NCBI RefSeq assembly: GCF_963921235.1 | Contig: NC_086110.1 | Location: 13,640,001-13,704,000, forward strand | Length of the DNA stretch: 64,000 nt | Direction of reading: 5' to 3' | Origin: Mobula hypostoma | Lineage: Eukaryota | Part shown: positions 48,556 to 62,039 of the stretch, in pieces | How the letters are laid out: every line of letters begins with the position of its first letter | Position numbering within the stretch: the stretch's first letter is position 1 | Notes under the pieces: model-generated | Databases searched by the model: none | What the model saw: only the letters and a program-made list of their open reading frames with translations | Told to the model about the DNA's origin: nothing | Program-made: the position numbers and the translations under genes

Positions 48556-51468
48556 TAAAGACACTCATGAAGTTTTTCATACTGGTAGGTCTGCCGAAGG
48601 AAATTCAATATGACCAGGGTAGTAACTTTACTTCGGGAACATTCCAGCACATAATTTATGTGCTGAGGGCTAAACAAATTGTGTCACCTGCCTACCACGG
48701 TGCTTTGGAGTGGTTTCATTCCACTTTAAAGACCATGATTAAAACCTACTGTCATGAGAATGACAGGGACTGGGATGAAGGGATACACTTATTAGTTTTT
48801 GGCGTGTCCATTCCAGAATCCCTGGGGTTTATTCCATTTGAGCTCATTTTCGACCATAGGCCCAAAGAATCTTTGACATAGCAGTGGTCTAACCCAAAAG
48901 TGTGTGTCAGTGTGTTAGATTATGTACTGAAATTCTGGAAAAGACTTAATAGGGCAAGTGACCTTGCAAAACAGAATTTACAAAACTCCCAAGTTAAAAT
49001 AAAACATTGGTATGATAAAAGAGCGAGGGACAGGTGTTCGAGGTTGGAGATAAGGTATTGGTCTTGTTCCCTCTGGTGACCAACCCCGTCCAAGCGCAAT
49101 TACATGGACCATGTGAAATAATTAAGAAAATTGATTCTTTGAATTATGTTATTCAAACTCCTGACAGAAGAAAGGCCACCCAATTAGTGCATGTAAATAT
49201 GGTGAAGCCTTATTATGACTCTGAGATGGTACCAGTAAGTACTGTTATGAAAAAAATGGGTTGTAGAATGTGGTAATGAGGTGCAAGATCATTTTAACAA
49301 GCTGAATATCATAACAACCAGACTTGAGAATTACAGTATTCTGACAGACCTTACTGATAAAGTCTGTCATCTGGAGCATGGACAGAGAAAGCAATTGAAA
49401 GAATTAATTAGCAAGAATAAAGATTTATTTTCAAGACGGTGTACAGCTGCAGTGCATGACGTCATTGTAAATTCTGGCCAGCCAATCAAACAGCAGCCTT
49501 ACAGAATGATTTTAGAGAAAAGTGAAATGGTTGAACAAGAAATTGGAAACAAGAAAGAACAAGGAAAGAGAGTGGATGACTGTATTGCTAGAGTGAGAAT
49601 GGCTAAATACCTTACAAAGATTGAGCTGGTGAAAGGATACTGGGGTGTTCCTTTAAAAGAGAGGGTTATAGAAATATCTATATTTGTGACACCATCTGAA
49701 CTGTATGATTACGTACAATGGTTTACCCTTCAGGATGAAAAATGATCCAGGGACATTTCAAGGAATGATCAACTTTATGATTAGAGGTCTAGAAAACACA
49801 GGGGCTTATATTGATGATTTAGTGGTCTGCAATGACACGTGGGAAGAGCATATTGCAGCGGTCGAAAAACTGTTTAAAAGGCTGCCCAAGGTCAATCTTA
49901 CTGTGAACCAGACAGAAGTGAGTTTGGTCATGCCACAGTTACATATCTGGGCTATGTAGTAGGCCAGAACCAACCGGCTCCTGTACAGGCCAAGGTTCAA
50001 GCTATTGCTGAGGTTCCCGTTCCACCGGGCAAGATAGCGTTAAGAAGGTTTTTTGGAACGCATTGGTATTACCGAAAGTTTTGTAAGACCTTCGCAGATA
50101 ACGCTCTCCCCCTTACGAAACTCCTAGGGAAGAGTGAAAGATTTGTATGCAGTGATCTTTGCCAGGAGGTATTTGAACGCCTGATAACCATCCTTTGTTA
50201 TCATCCTGTGCTCAAAGCCCCTGATTTTTCCAAGTCATTTTCCATAGCGCCAGACGCTATTGACGAAGCTTCTGGGGTAATACTGTTACAGAGGGGTGAG
50301 GAAGAGATTGAACACCCAGTAGCTTATTTCTCAAAGAAATTTAATGTGCATCATAAAAAATTATTCCACTGTTGAAAAGGAGTTGATATCACTTATTTTG
50401 GCTTTACAACATTTTGAAATCTACGTTTCTCCTGCGCAGAAATCACTTGTGGTTTCCACGGATCACAATCCATTAGTGTGTCTGATGAAGATGAAGGATA
50501 AGAATAGAAGGTTATTAAAGTGGAGTCTGATATTGCAAGAATATGACCGGCAAATAAAACATGTGAAAGGTACTGACATCATTATAGCTGATTGTTTATC
50601 CAGTTGTTAAATTAGAAACTATACACGTTTTTGCTCTGTTATCTGATGATTATACAGATATTGTTTAAACTTTGTAATCTACAGTTTTTTTCCTAAAAGG
50701 AAGGAAATGTAACGGGATCCTGAATAATCCCTATGAACTGTGCTTTCAAAAAAGAGAGAGCGAGAGAGGGATCCAACACAGACACCTTGTTATTAAGAGA
50801 GAGAGAGAGAGCGAATGCTGATTGGAGATGGTGTTATGGTTTCTCTGCAGCATGTTTATACCTCTGCAAGGACACTGGCAGCTTCAAAGTTCTTACAGAG
50901 AGAGAAGGGAGGAGCTACTTGATGGACTGCTGGTGTTCAACATGGTAAGATAAAGAGAAGGTCAGATGATAGACTTACAGACACATGATTTTGGACACTG
51001 GATGAGCTTTGTTGTGCCCACAGAAAGGATGGGTTTTTGGAGTATCGATCAGAAGAATCGGTCAGTGGTTCTCGCAGTGTGTAAAAGGTGTGACCGGTGG
51101 GGAGTTGTCCGTGTGTCCAACCCCGCCTACGTTGATAACTCCACCACAGAAGAACGGCCCCCTTTGTTGTGGTCGCATTCGGTGAATTCTGAAGGATTTC
51201 GGTGGACAACGGGAAAATCGACGGCATCAGCTCACTGGAAGACTCAGACCTCTCTCTCTCTCTCATTTACCCCTAGGCTTGAAGAAACTTGTTTTTTTTT
51301 TAAATTTCCACACTTATATTTATATAATCATTGCTAACCTGTGGATTTATCTGATTATATATTACTGTTTTGCGGAGTTACTAATAAATACCATTAGTTA
51401 TTAGCATTACCAGACTCAAGTGTTTTCCATTTCTGCTGGATCTTTAACCCGTCACCGGGTACGTGACA
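48556..51468 (+). mobile_element. Gmr1-type Ty3/Gypsy LTR retrotransposon (INT-RT-RH order), 5'-truncated, 3' LTR 50708-51468
   Basis: Integrase core and GPY/F region at 48567-49276 precede RT (AYIDDLVV, 49705-49959) and RNase H (NYSTVEKEL, 50344-50610); PPT aaaaggaaggaaa then TGTAAC...GTGACA. Confidence 0.9.
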
Positions 51469-51679
51469 GGGTCTATTCATCACTAGAGCACAGGTGGTTG
51501 CACGATAACCATATATAGGTAATGTCAGGATGGGCTGGGCAGGGCTATGATTATAGTCTTTTACCCAAAATTGGTTATCTGAAAATGAGAATACTTCGAT
51601 TCCAGGCGAGAGAGAAAATATTTAAGAGGAGTCTCGGGAAAGTTTTTCAACGAAAGAGGTTTGTAAATGCTGTCAGAGC

Positions 51680-54600
51680 GGGCAGCGGATTGAGTGGTAG
51701 CATGATGTAGGGCTTTGGCTTCAACGGGCTTCGGCGGTAACGGGAAGAGGCGAGAGCGAAGCACCAACTCTTTTTTCCCCCTTGTCAAATCGGCCCTGAC
51801 AGACAAGAACAGCAAGGCTCACCCAGCTAACGGCACGAGATAATGGTTTAAAAAGTACGCCTGTTTGGCGAGCTAAGTGGGTGAGTAGACTTATTTTTCC
51901 TGCTTCATTCCTGTAGAATTAGATAGCATGCCTGCAGAGTCAGTGCTTCGTTCACGGTGTCAAATGTGGGAATCCTAGGAGACCTCCAGCTTCCCTGATG
52001 GCCACATCTGCACCAGGTGAACCGCGATGCAGCTCCTCAGAGACCGTGTTAGGGTTCTGGAGCTGAAGCTTGATGACCTACTGCTTAGTAGGGAAAGTGA
52101 AGAGGTGATAGACAGGAGCTACAGGGAGGTAGTCATCCCTAGGCTACAGGGGTAAGAAAACTAGATGACTGTCAGGAGAGGGAGAGAAAATGCCCGGATA
52201 GTGGAGAGCACACCTGTGGCTGTCCCCCTCAGCAACAAGTATCTTGTTCTGGATGCTGATGAGGGGGATGACCTGACAGGAGACGCTCACGGTGACCGGG
52301 TCTCTGGCACTGAGCCTGGTGCTGTTAGGCAGGGATTAAACGGATTTGACAGGGGGATGGGAACCGGAATGATAGAGCGGAGAAAGGGGAAAACAGAAAT
52401 AAATCTAAGATAGTGAGCAGTGAAGATGTCAGGAGACAGTCAGGAGATGGGGCAAATTAGCCATTGGGATCAGTTGCAGTGCAACAAAGTTTCACTGAAA
52501 TCAAAGCGAAAAATACCAAATACTGGTCTTATGGTGTGGTACTTAAAGGAAAGCAGCATAAGGAATAAGGTGGATGATCTTGTTGTACAGCTACAGATTG
52601 GCAGGTATGATATTGTGGCCATCACTGAGACGCGGTTAAAGGATGCACGTCTCTGGGAGCTGAACGCCCAAGGATACACGGTGTATCAGAAGGATAGGAA
52701 GGAAGGCAGAGTGGGTGGCGTGGCTTTATTGGTAAAAAATGATATTAAATCATTGGAAGGAGGTGACAGGATCGGAAGGTGCAGAATATTTGTGGGTTGA
52801 GCTAACAAATCGCATGGGGTAAAAGGACCCTCATGGCAGTTATTTATAGGCCTCCAAACAGCTGCAGTGATGTGGACAAACAAATTACAGCCGGAAATAA
52901 AAAAGGATTGTCAGAAGGGCAGTGTTATGACAATTGTTGGGGATTTTAACATGAGAGTGGATTGGGCAAATCAGGTCGGCAGTGGATCTCAAGAGAGAGA
53001 ATTTGTAGAATGTCTGCGAGATGGCTTCACAGAACAGTTTGTTGTTGAGCCCACTAGGGGATCAGCTGTACTGGATTGGGCATTGTGTAATGAACCGGAG
53101 GTGAATAGAGAGAATGAGGTGAAGGAACCCTTAGGAGTCAGTGATCATAACATGATTGAGTTCTCTGTCAAATTTGAAAACGAGTAGCCGAAATCTGATG
53201 TGTCGGTAATACAGTGAAGTAAATGAAATTATAGTGGTATCAGAGAGGAAATGACCAAAGTTGACTGGAAAGGGACACTGGTGCGAAGGATGGCAGAGCA
53301 GCAGTGGCTGGAGTTTATGCTAGAAGTGAGGAAGGTGCAAGACTGGTATATTCCAAACAAGAAGAAATTTTCGAATGGAAAATGGATGCAACCGTGGCTG
53401 ACAAGAGAAGTCAAAACCAAAGTTAAAGCAAAGGAGAGGGCATACAAGGAAGCAAAAATTAGGGGGAAGACAGGAGATTGGGAAGATTTTAAAAGCTTAC
53501 AAAAGAAAACTAAGAAGGTCATTAAGAGGGAGAAGATTAACTAAGAGAGGAAGAATAGCAAATAATATGGAAGAGGATACTAAAATCTTTCTCAAGTGTA
53601 TAAAGAGTAAAAGTCAGGTGAGAGTAGATATAGGACCGATAGAAAGTGATGCTGGAGAAATTGTAGTTGGAGATAAGGAGATGGCGGAGGAACTGAACGA
53701 GTATTTTGCATCAGTCTTCACTGAGGAAGACATCAGCAGTATACCGGACTCTCAAGGGTGGCAGGGAAGAGAAATGTGCGTGGTCACAATTACGACAGCG
53801 AAAGTATTCAGGAAGCTGAATAGTCTAAAGGTAGATAAATCTTCCGGACCAGATGGAATGCACACTCGTGTTCTGAAGGAAGTAGCTGTGGAGATTGTGG
53901 AGGCATTAGCGATGATCTTTCAATAGTCGATAGATTCTGGCATGGTTCAGGAGGACTTGAAAATTGTAAATGTCACTCCGCTATTTAAGAAGGGGGCAAA
54001 GAAGCAAAATGTTGGAGTCGATTGTCAAGGATGAGGTTACGGAGTACCTGGAGGCATATGACAAGATAGGCATAATTCAGCATGGATTTCTTAAAGGAAA
54101 ATCTTGCCGTACAAACCTATTACAATTTTCTGAGGAAATTACAAGCAGGCTAGACAAGGGAGATGCAGTGGATGTTGTATAGTTAGATTTTCAGAAGGCA
54201 TTTGACAAGGTACCACACATAGGCTACTTAACAAGATAAGACCCCACAGAATTACGGGAAAGTTGCATACGTGCATAGGGTTTTGGCTGATTGGCAGGAA
54301 ACAGAGCGTGGGAATAAAGGGATACTATTCTGGTCGGCTGTCGGTTACCAGTGGTGTTCCACAGGGATCCGTGCTGGGGCCGTTTCATTTACGTTATACC
54401 TCAACGATTTAGATTATGGAATAGATGGTTTTGTGGCTAAGTTTGCTGATGATAAGAAGATAGGTGCTGAGGAAACAGAGAGTCTGCTGAGAGACTTGGA
54501 TAGATTGGAAGAATGGGCAAAGAAGTGGCAAATGAAATGCAATGTTGGAAAGTATATGGTTATGTACTTTCGCAAAAGAAATAAACGGGCAGAAGAAATA

Positions 54601-55800
54601 AACGGGCAGACTATTATTGAAATGGGGAAAGAATTCAAAGTTCTGAGATGCAACGGGACTTAGGAGTCCTCGTACAGGATACCCTTAACGTTAACCTCCT
54701 GTCATAAGGTTGTGGCTGGGATGGGCCCATGGGCAAGGCAGAGACACTGAAGTACTAGGGACAGGACTAGGCTACAGAGGGAGGGCTAGGATATGGACAG
54801 GAAAATCGAGAAACCCGAACAGGACTGGACAAGAGAGCTAGAAGCCAGGGCTTGGACTCCGAGCCAGAGATTGGACAAGGACCCAGAACCTGGGTCTTGC
54901 CTCTGTCTCGGACCCGAGAACTAGGCAAGTATGTGACTTAGCTGACAGGCAGGACGAGGCTGGAGTCTTCAGGCTTGAGGCAAGGCTGGAGACTTGAGTC
55001 TTGAGGCGAGGCTTGAGACTAGAGACTTGTGGCGAGGCTTGGGACCATAGACTTGAGGTGAGGCTGGAGACCAGAGATTTGTAGCCTAGGGTCTTGAAGC
55101 TTGGCTTGAGGCGAGGCTTGGCGAAGGATTTGAGGCGAGGCTTGGCTAGATATTTAGGCGAGACTTGGCTGGGGACTTGAGGCGAGGCTTGGCTAAAGAC
55201 TTGGGGCTTGGGGGTTTGAAGCTCTTCCTGGGCAGGGCAAGACTTCAGGCAATGCAAGGCGAGATAAGAACTTCAAGGCGAGACGAGAGTTACCGGCAAG
55301 ACAAGGTAAGGCTTCAGGTAATGCAAAGCGGGGCAAGAACTTCAAGGCGAGGCAAGGGTTACCGGCAAGACAAGGCAAGGCTTCAGGCACGGAAGCAGAA
55401 GGCAGAGGAAGGGAAACGAGGAGTAAGGACAAGAACAACCCAGCACCCCGCCCTAGTCTCTGGAGTTATTTATGCAGCCAGCCCCAACGAGTGCTCAAAC
55501 AGGAACAGAAACAGGGTAGACAGGAAAACCTGGAGCAAGGGTCGAAGGATGCACCGTGAACCGGAATGCGGACTTCAGGGACAGGACCATGACGCCTCCA
55601 GGTTGAGTCGGTGGTGAAGAAATCGAAAGCAATGTTGGCATTCATTTCTAGAGGAAACGAGTATAGGAGCAGGGATGTGATGCTGAGGCTCTATAAGGTG
55701 CTGGTGAGACTTCACTTGGAGTACTGTGAGCTGTTTTGGTCTCCTTACTTAAGAAAGATTGTGCTGACTTTGGAGAGGGTACAGAGAAGATTCACTAGAA
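51680..55800 (+). mobile_element. Near full-length degenerate CR1 (5' UTR, Zn-finger ORF1, EN, RT) interrupted by a solo LTR
   Basis: ORFs 52420-52800, 52867-53187, 53567-53926 and 54271-54663 (DIVAITET, IVGDFN, KFADD). Confidence 0.92.
54700..55594 (-). mobile_element. Solo LTR of the minisatellite-bearing family
   Basis: 5-bp TSD CCTCC (54695-54699 / 55595-55599); termini match the rev-comp of the LTRs at 38108 and 39241. Confidence 0.88.
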
Positions 55801-56532
55801 TAACCCAAGCCTCGAAGATACCGCAGTCAAGCTCCAAGAACGCAAGCCTCGAAGATCCCGGAGCCAAGCTCCAAGAACGCAAGCCTCCAGCATCCCGCAG
55901 CCAAGGTCCGAAGAACCCAAGCCTCCAGGATCCCGCAGTCAAGCTCCAGGAACACTAGCCTCGAGGATCCCAAGCCAAGCTCCAAGAACACTAGCCTCGA
56001 GGATCCCAAGCCAAGCTCCAAGAACACTAGCCTCGAGGATCCCAAGCCAAGCTCCAAGAGCACTCGCCTCGTTGATCCCAAGCCAAGCTCCAAGAACACA
56101 ATCCTCGACGATCCCAAGCCAAGCTTCAAGAACATAAGCCTGAAGTCCCCAGCCTGCAGCCAAGCTCAAGACCCAAGACCCCAGCATCAAGCCTCAAGAG
56201 CAAAGACCCCAGCCTGTCTCCATCTCAGGCCTCTAGACCCCAGCCAACGTCCTGTCCTGAAGGCATGTCATGTCTTTGCCTGGTTCTGGGGTCCGAGCCT
56301 GAGGCAAGACCCAGGTTCTGGGTCCTTGCCCAGGTTCGGGCTCGGAATCGAAGCCTTGTCTCCTAGTCCCTGGTTTCTCGTCCTGGCCCTGCTTTCCCGA
56401 GCCCAAATCTGCATTCTTGTCCCTGCTCCCTGTCTGTATCCTGTCACGTCCCTACTCTAGTCAAGTCCTGTTCCTTGTACTTCATTGTCTGTGTCTCGCA
56501 TTTGGGATCGTTCACAGCACCCTAGTGTGACA
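55801..56532 (+). mobile_element. 5'-truncated LTR of the same family with a 36-bp minisatellite
   Basis: (GATCCCAAGCCAAGCTCCAAGAACACTAGCCTCGAG)n at ~55805-56130; ends gtgtctcgcatttgggatc...TGTGACA. Confidence 0.8.
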
Positions 56533-56719
56533 ACCCAAGAAAGACCATGATTTGCAGTACAGAAAAACTAATCGCCCTGCCAACGAATTCAACGTGCCCC
56601 ATCTCCCTCTTTCCCTAATAAAGGGACAGAGATTTGTCAGGAGCGACAGAGGGGAACAACAAAGCAAACAGTTCGATGAGTTACGGTGTTCAATCTGCTG
56701 TATCGCTCTTATTCGAGAG

Positions 56720-56725
<6 letters not shown>

Positions 56726-56771
<46 letters not shown>
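56726..56771. repeat. (AG)n microsatellite
   Basis: Direct reading. Confidence 0.97.
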
Positions 56772-56772
<1 letters not shown>

Positions 56773-57399
56773 TCCAGCGAATCAGTAAAAAGTGGAACCC
56801 CACCTATGAAATCAATTTGAGTGCAAAACTACCTACCTGGAGTTTAGAACTGCAAGGTATATTGTCCGACTGGAAGGGAATGGTGGGAATCACATTTAAG
56901 GGGAAAACAAAGTACAGATACCTTATCAGTTCCAAATACACTTTACAAATATTGACCAGATTGTTTTTAATTCAACAGGTGCTTGTTAATTGAAACTTGT
57001 ACTGGAAAAATGTATTCTGGTCTTTGAAAGTAGAGATAACAAAGAAAAACATCTATTTGCCTGTTGGGATGAAAGATCTTGGATGCTTTAAATTTAGCCC
57101 CAAAAAAATGAATCACCCGTTTAAATCGATTTCGATTTGACAGTCGGAGTTAACACTGGAGACTACTGAACTAATTTTCTCAAGATACGTATCGGACTAT
57201 TGATGTAAGACCATGCATTATGTAATATTATTCATGTGCATGGTTTTATCACATAAAATCTTTCCCTGGCCATCGGGATCGATGACATAATTGAAGAGAT
57301 TTTTTTTACAAACCACTTGCAATTGCGGCAAGTTCCACGATACTTTCGGTTATTACTTAAAAGGTTCTAGGGAGAATCAAAGGTGAGAAACAAAGTTAA

Positions 57400-60300
57400 A
57401 ACAAAGGTTTAAAAAGAGAAATTTTCAACGGTCCTTGTTTCAGTCGAAGCAAGCAGCTGAGAAAAAGAGAGTGAAAAAATCGGGTACAAAGAGTCTTTTT
57501 TTTAAACACTGCTCGGGGAGAAGGGTCTGCACTGCGTAGGCGCGTGACGTAGCGCGCCAAGTTTTAAAAAGAGAAATTTTCAACGGTTGTTGTTTCAGTC
57601 GAAGTAAGTAGCTGAGAAAAAAGGAGTGGAGAAATCGGGTACAAAAAGTATTTTTTTAAAAACACTGCTCGGGGAGAATGGTCTGCACTGCGCAGGGCGT
57701 GACGTAACGCGCCAAGGTTTGAAAACAGACCACCATATACAGCGGGCAGCATTGTGAGCGGGCAGCGGAGTAAGAGAGAGCAGAGTGGGGCGGCTTTGGC
57801 TCAGCAGGCTTCGGCGAGAACAGGTAGAGGCCAGGGTAGGTTCCGGTAAGTTTTTTTTTGTCCAGAGTAGAGAGAATGCGAGGCAGGGTGTTAGAATGCT
57901 CCTCTTGCAGGATGTGGGAGGTCATGGAGCCCTCCGGTGTCCCTGACAACTACACCTGCAAGAAGTGCATGCAGATGCAGCTGCTAACAAACCGCTTTAG
58001 GGAACTGGAGCAGGAACTGGATGACCTCCGGATCATTCGGGAGAATGAGGAGATTATATATAGTAGCTACAGGAAGGTAGTTACACCAAAGGAGCAGACC
58101 ACAGGAAATTGTGTCACTTTCAGGCTAGGGAAGAGGAAGGGGCAGGAAGAGTACGGTTCCCCTGTGGCCATTCCCCTCAACAACAAGTATACCGAATTGG
58201 ATACTGTTCAGGGGCGGGGGGTGGGACGACTTACCTGGGACAAGCTGCAGCAGCCAGATCTCTGGCACTGAACCTGGTTCTGCAGTGCAGAAGGGAGGGT
58301 GGATAAAGAGGAGAGCAGTAGTGATAGGGGACTCAATAGTTAGAGGTACAGATAGGAGGTTCTGTGGTTGTGACAGGGAATCCAGGATGGTTTGTTACCT
58401 CCCGGGTGCCAGGGTCAAGGATGTCTCTGATCGATTGCATGACCTTCTGAAGTGGGAGTGTGATCAGCCCGATGTCGTGGTGCACATCGGTACCAATGAC
58501 ATAGCAAGGAAGAGTGAGGAGGTCCTGGAGAGTGAGTATAGAGCTTGGCAGGAAGTTGAAAAGCAGGACCTCGAGGGTGGTAATCTCAGGATTGCTACCT
58601 GTGCTACGTGCCAGTGAGGGTAGGAATAGGATGCTCTGGAGGATGAACAAGTAGCTGAGGAACTGGTGTAGGGGGCAGGGTTTCAGATTTCAGGAACATT
58701 GGGACCTCCTCTGGGGCAGATGGGACTTGTACAAGAGAGACGGGTTACACTTGAACTACAAGGGAACCAATATCCTTTCAGGGAGGTTTGTTAGTGCTAT
58801 TGGGGAGGCTTTAAATTAGATTTGCAGGGGGATGGGAACCAAAGTGCCAGAGCTGACAGTGGGACGGGTGTGAAAATAAATGATGTTAAATGTTCAAGCA
58901 AAGCCGCTAATAGAAAGGTTGTGAGTGGTGGTAAAAATATTCTGAGGTGTATATATTTCGAAGCTAGGAGTATTGCCGGGAAGGCAAACGAGTTGAGGGT
59001 GTGGATTGACACGTGGAATTATGATGTTATAGCAACTAGTGAAGCTTGGCTACAGGAGGGACAGGACTGGCAGCTTAATATTCCAGGGTTCCGATGTTTC
59101 ATATGTGATAGAGGCAGAGGAATGAAAAGTAGGGGGGGGTGTAGAATTGCTTGTCAGGGAAAATGTTCAGGCAGGACAGATTAGAGGATTGTCAACTGAG
59201 TCCTTATGGGTGGAGCTGAGAAAAAGGAAAGGTATGGCCACATTAGTGGGGTTGTATTATAGACCACCCAATAGTCAGCGAGATATGGAGGAGCAAATCT
59301 GCAGAGAGATAGCTGGCACTTGTAGGAAACATGAAGTTGTGGTGTTAGGGGATTTTAATTTTCTACATATTGATTGGGACTCCTATACAGTTAGGGGTCT
59401 AGATGGGTTAGAGTTTGTAAAATCTGTTCAGGAAAGTTTTCGAAATCTATATATAGAGGTACCAACTAGAGGGGATGCAATATTAGGTCTCCTGTTAGGA
59501 AACGAATGAGGGCAAGTGACAGAAGTCTGTGTAGTGGAGCACTTTGTTTCCAGTGATCAAAACACCATTAGTTTCAACTTGATCATGGATAAAGATAAAT
59601 TTGGTCCTAGGGTTGAGGTTCTAAACTAGAAGAAGGAGAAATTTGAAGAAATGGGAAAGGATCTGAAAAGCGTGGATTGGGACAGGTTGTTCTCTGGCAA
59701 GGATGCGATCGGTAAGTGAAAAGCCTTCAAAGGAGACATTTTGAGAGTGCAGAGCTTTCATGTTCCTGTCAGGATTAAAGGCAAAGTGAATAGGAATAAG
59801 GAGCCTTGGTTCTCAAGGGATATTGCAACTCTGATAAAGAAGAAGAGAGAGTTGTATGACATGTATAGGAAACAGGGAGCAAATAAGCTGCTTGAGTAGT
59901 ATAAAAAGTGTAACAAAATACTTAAGAAGGAAATCAGAGGGCCGAAAGAAGACATAAGGTTGCCTTGGCAGTCAAAGTGAAGGATAGTCCAAAGACCTTT
60001 TACGGGTATATTAACAGTAACAGTAAGGGCTAAAATTGGTCCTCTTGAAATCAGTGATCGGCTGTGGGTGGAACCAAAAGAAATGGGGGAGATCTTAAAT
60101 GGGTGTTTTGCGTCTGTATTTACTAAGGAAACTGGCATGAAGTCTATGGAATTAACGGAAACAAGTACTGAGATCATGGAAACTGTACAGATTGAAAAGG
60201 ATGAGGAGCTTGCTATCTTGAGGCAAATTAAAGTGGATAAATCCCCAACACCTGACAGGGTATTCCCTCGGACCTTGAAGGAGACTAGTGCTGAGATTGT

Positions 60301-61805
60301 AGGGGCCCTGGCAGATATATTTAAAAAGTCAGTGTCTACAGGTAAGGTGCCGGAGGATTGGAGAATGGCTCATGTTCTTCCGTTGTTTAAAAAAGGATCG
60401 AAAAGTAATCCGGGAAATTATAGGCCGGTAAATTTGATGTAAGTAGTGGGTAAGTAACTGGAGGGAGTACTAAGAGACAGAATTTACAAGCATTTGGATA
60501 GACGGGGACTTATTAGGGAGAGTCAACGTGGCTTTGTGCGTGGTAGGTGATGTTTAAACAATCTATTGGAGTTTTTCGAGGAGGTTACCAGGAAAGTAGA
60601 TGAAAGGAAGGCAGTGAATGTTGTCTACATGGACTTCAGTAAGGCCTTTGACAAGGTCCCGCATGGGAAGTTGGTTAGGAAAATTTAGTCGGAAGGTATA
60701 CATGGAGAAGTGGTAAATTTGATTAGAAATTGGCTCAATGGAAGAAGCCAAAGAGTGGTAGTAGAGGATTGCTTCTCCGAGTGGAGGGCTGTGACTAGTG
60801 GTGTGCCACAGGGATCAGTGCTGGGTCCGGTATTATTTGTCATCTATGTCAATGATTTGGATGATAATGTAGTAAATTGGATCAGCAAATTTGCTGATGA
60901 CATACAGATTGGAGGTGTAGTGAACAATGAGAAAGGATTTCAAAGCTTGCAGAGGGATTTGGAAGATCTGGAAAAACGGGCTGAAAAATGGCAGATGGAG
61001 TTTAATACAGACAAGTGTGAGGTATTGCACTTTGGAAAGACAAACCAAGGTAAAACATACAGGGTGAACGGTAAGGCACTGAGGAGTGCAGTAGAACAGA
61101 GGGATCTGGGAATACAGATGCAACATTCCCTAAAAGTGGCGTCACAGGTAGATAGGGTCATAAAGAGAGCTTTTGGTACATTGGCCTTTATTAATCGAAG
61201 TATTGAGTATAAGAGCTGGAATGTTATGATGAGGTTGTATAAGGCATTGGTGAGGCCGAATCTGGAGTATTGTGTTCAGTTTTGGTCACCAAATTACAGG
61301 AAGGATATAAATAAGGTTGAAAGAGTGCAGAGAAGGTTTACAAGGATGTTGCAGGGACTTGAGAAACTCAGTTACAGAGAAATGTTGAATAGGTTAGGAC
61401 TTTATTCCCTGGAGCGTAGAAGAATGAGGGGAGATTTGATAGAGGTATATCAAATTATGATGGGTATAGATGGAGTGAATGAAAGCAGGCTTTTTCCACT
61501 GAGGCAAGGGGAGAAAAAGAGGACTTGGGTTAAGGGTTGGCGGGGGAGTTTAAAGGAAACATTAGGGGGCGGCTTCTTCACACAGAGAGTGGTGGGAGTG
61601 TGGAATGAGCTGCCAGACGAGGTGGTAAATGCTGGTTCTTCTTTAACATTTAAAAATAAATTGGACAGATACACGGATGGGAGGTGTATGGAGGGATATG
61701 GTCCATGTGCAGTGCAGTGGGACTAGGCAGAATATGGTTCGGCACAGCCAAGAAGGGCCAAAAGGCCTGTTTCTGTGCTGTAGTTTTTCTATGGTTTTCT
61801 ATGTT
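57400..61805 (+). mobile_element. Full-length degenerate CR1 (5' monomers, ORF1 Zn finger + SGNH esterase, ORF2 EN + RT, tail)
   Basis: CSSCRMWE...CKKC; VIGDSIVRG...HIGTNDI; ORF 60710-61726 (GVPQGSVLGP, KFADD); (tttctatg)n tail. Confidence 0.96.
57406..57725 (+). repeat. Two 155-bp tandem monomers at the CR1 5' end
   Basis: aaaaagagaaattttcaacgg at 57411 and 57566. Confidence 0.9.
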
Positions 61806-62039
61806 TTTTTTCTAAAGCCTTAGGTTTATAAACTTTCATCAGGTTACTGATCATAAATCTCTGTTATCTTTCCTGCTCCATCAAAATTCAGGCAGAGAAG
61901 TGTTGTCACGAGAATGCGTTGTGAATATTCGAATATCGTCCGATCTATATTTCCGTCGGTTGAACGTTGACATTAGTGTGCAAGAATATTTTCTAATTGG
62001 CGGGTTTTCCCTGTCAAAAAAATTGTTTTAAAAATTCTC

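Noticed and set aside
55745-56190. 36-bp repeats as a CRISPR array or repeat protein
   Set aside because: Head-to-tail with no unique spacers, inside an LTR, eukaryotic context
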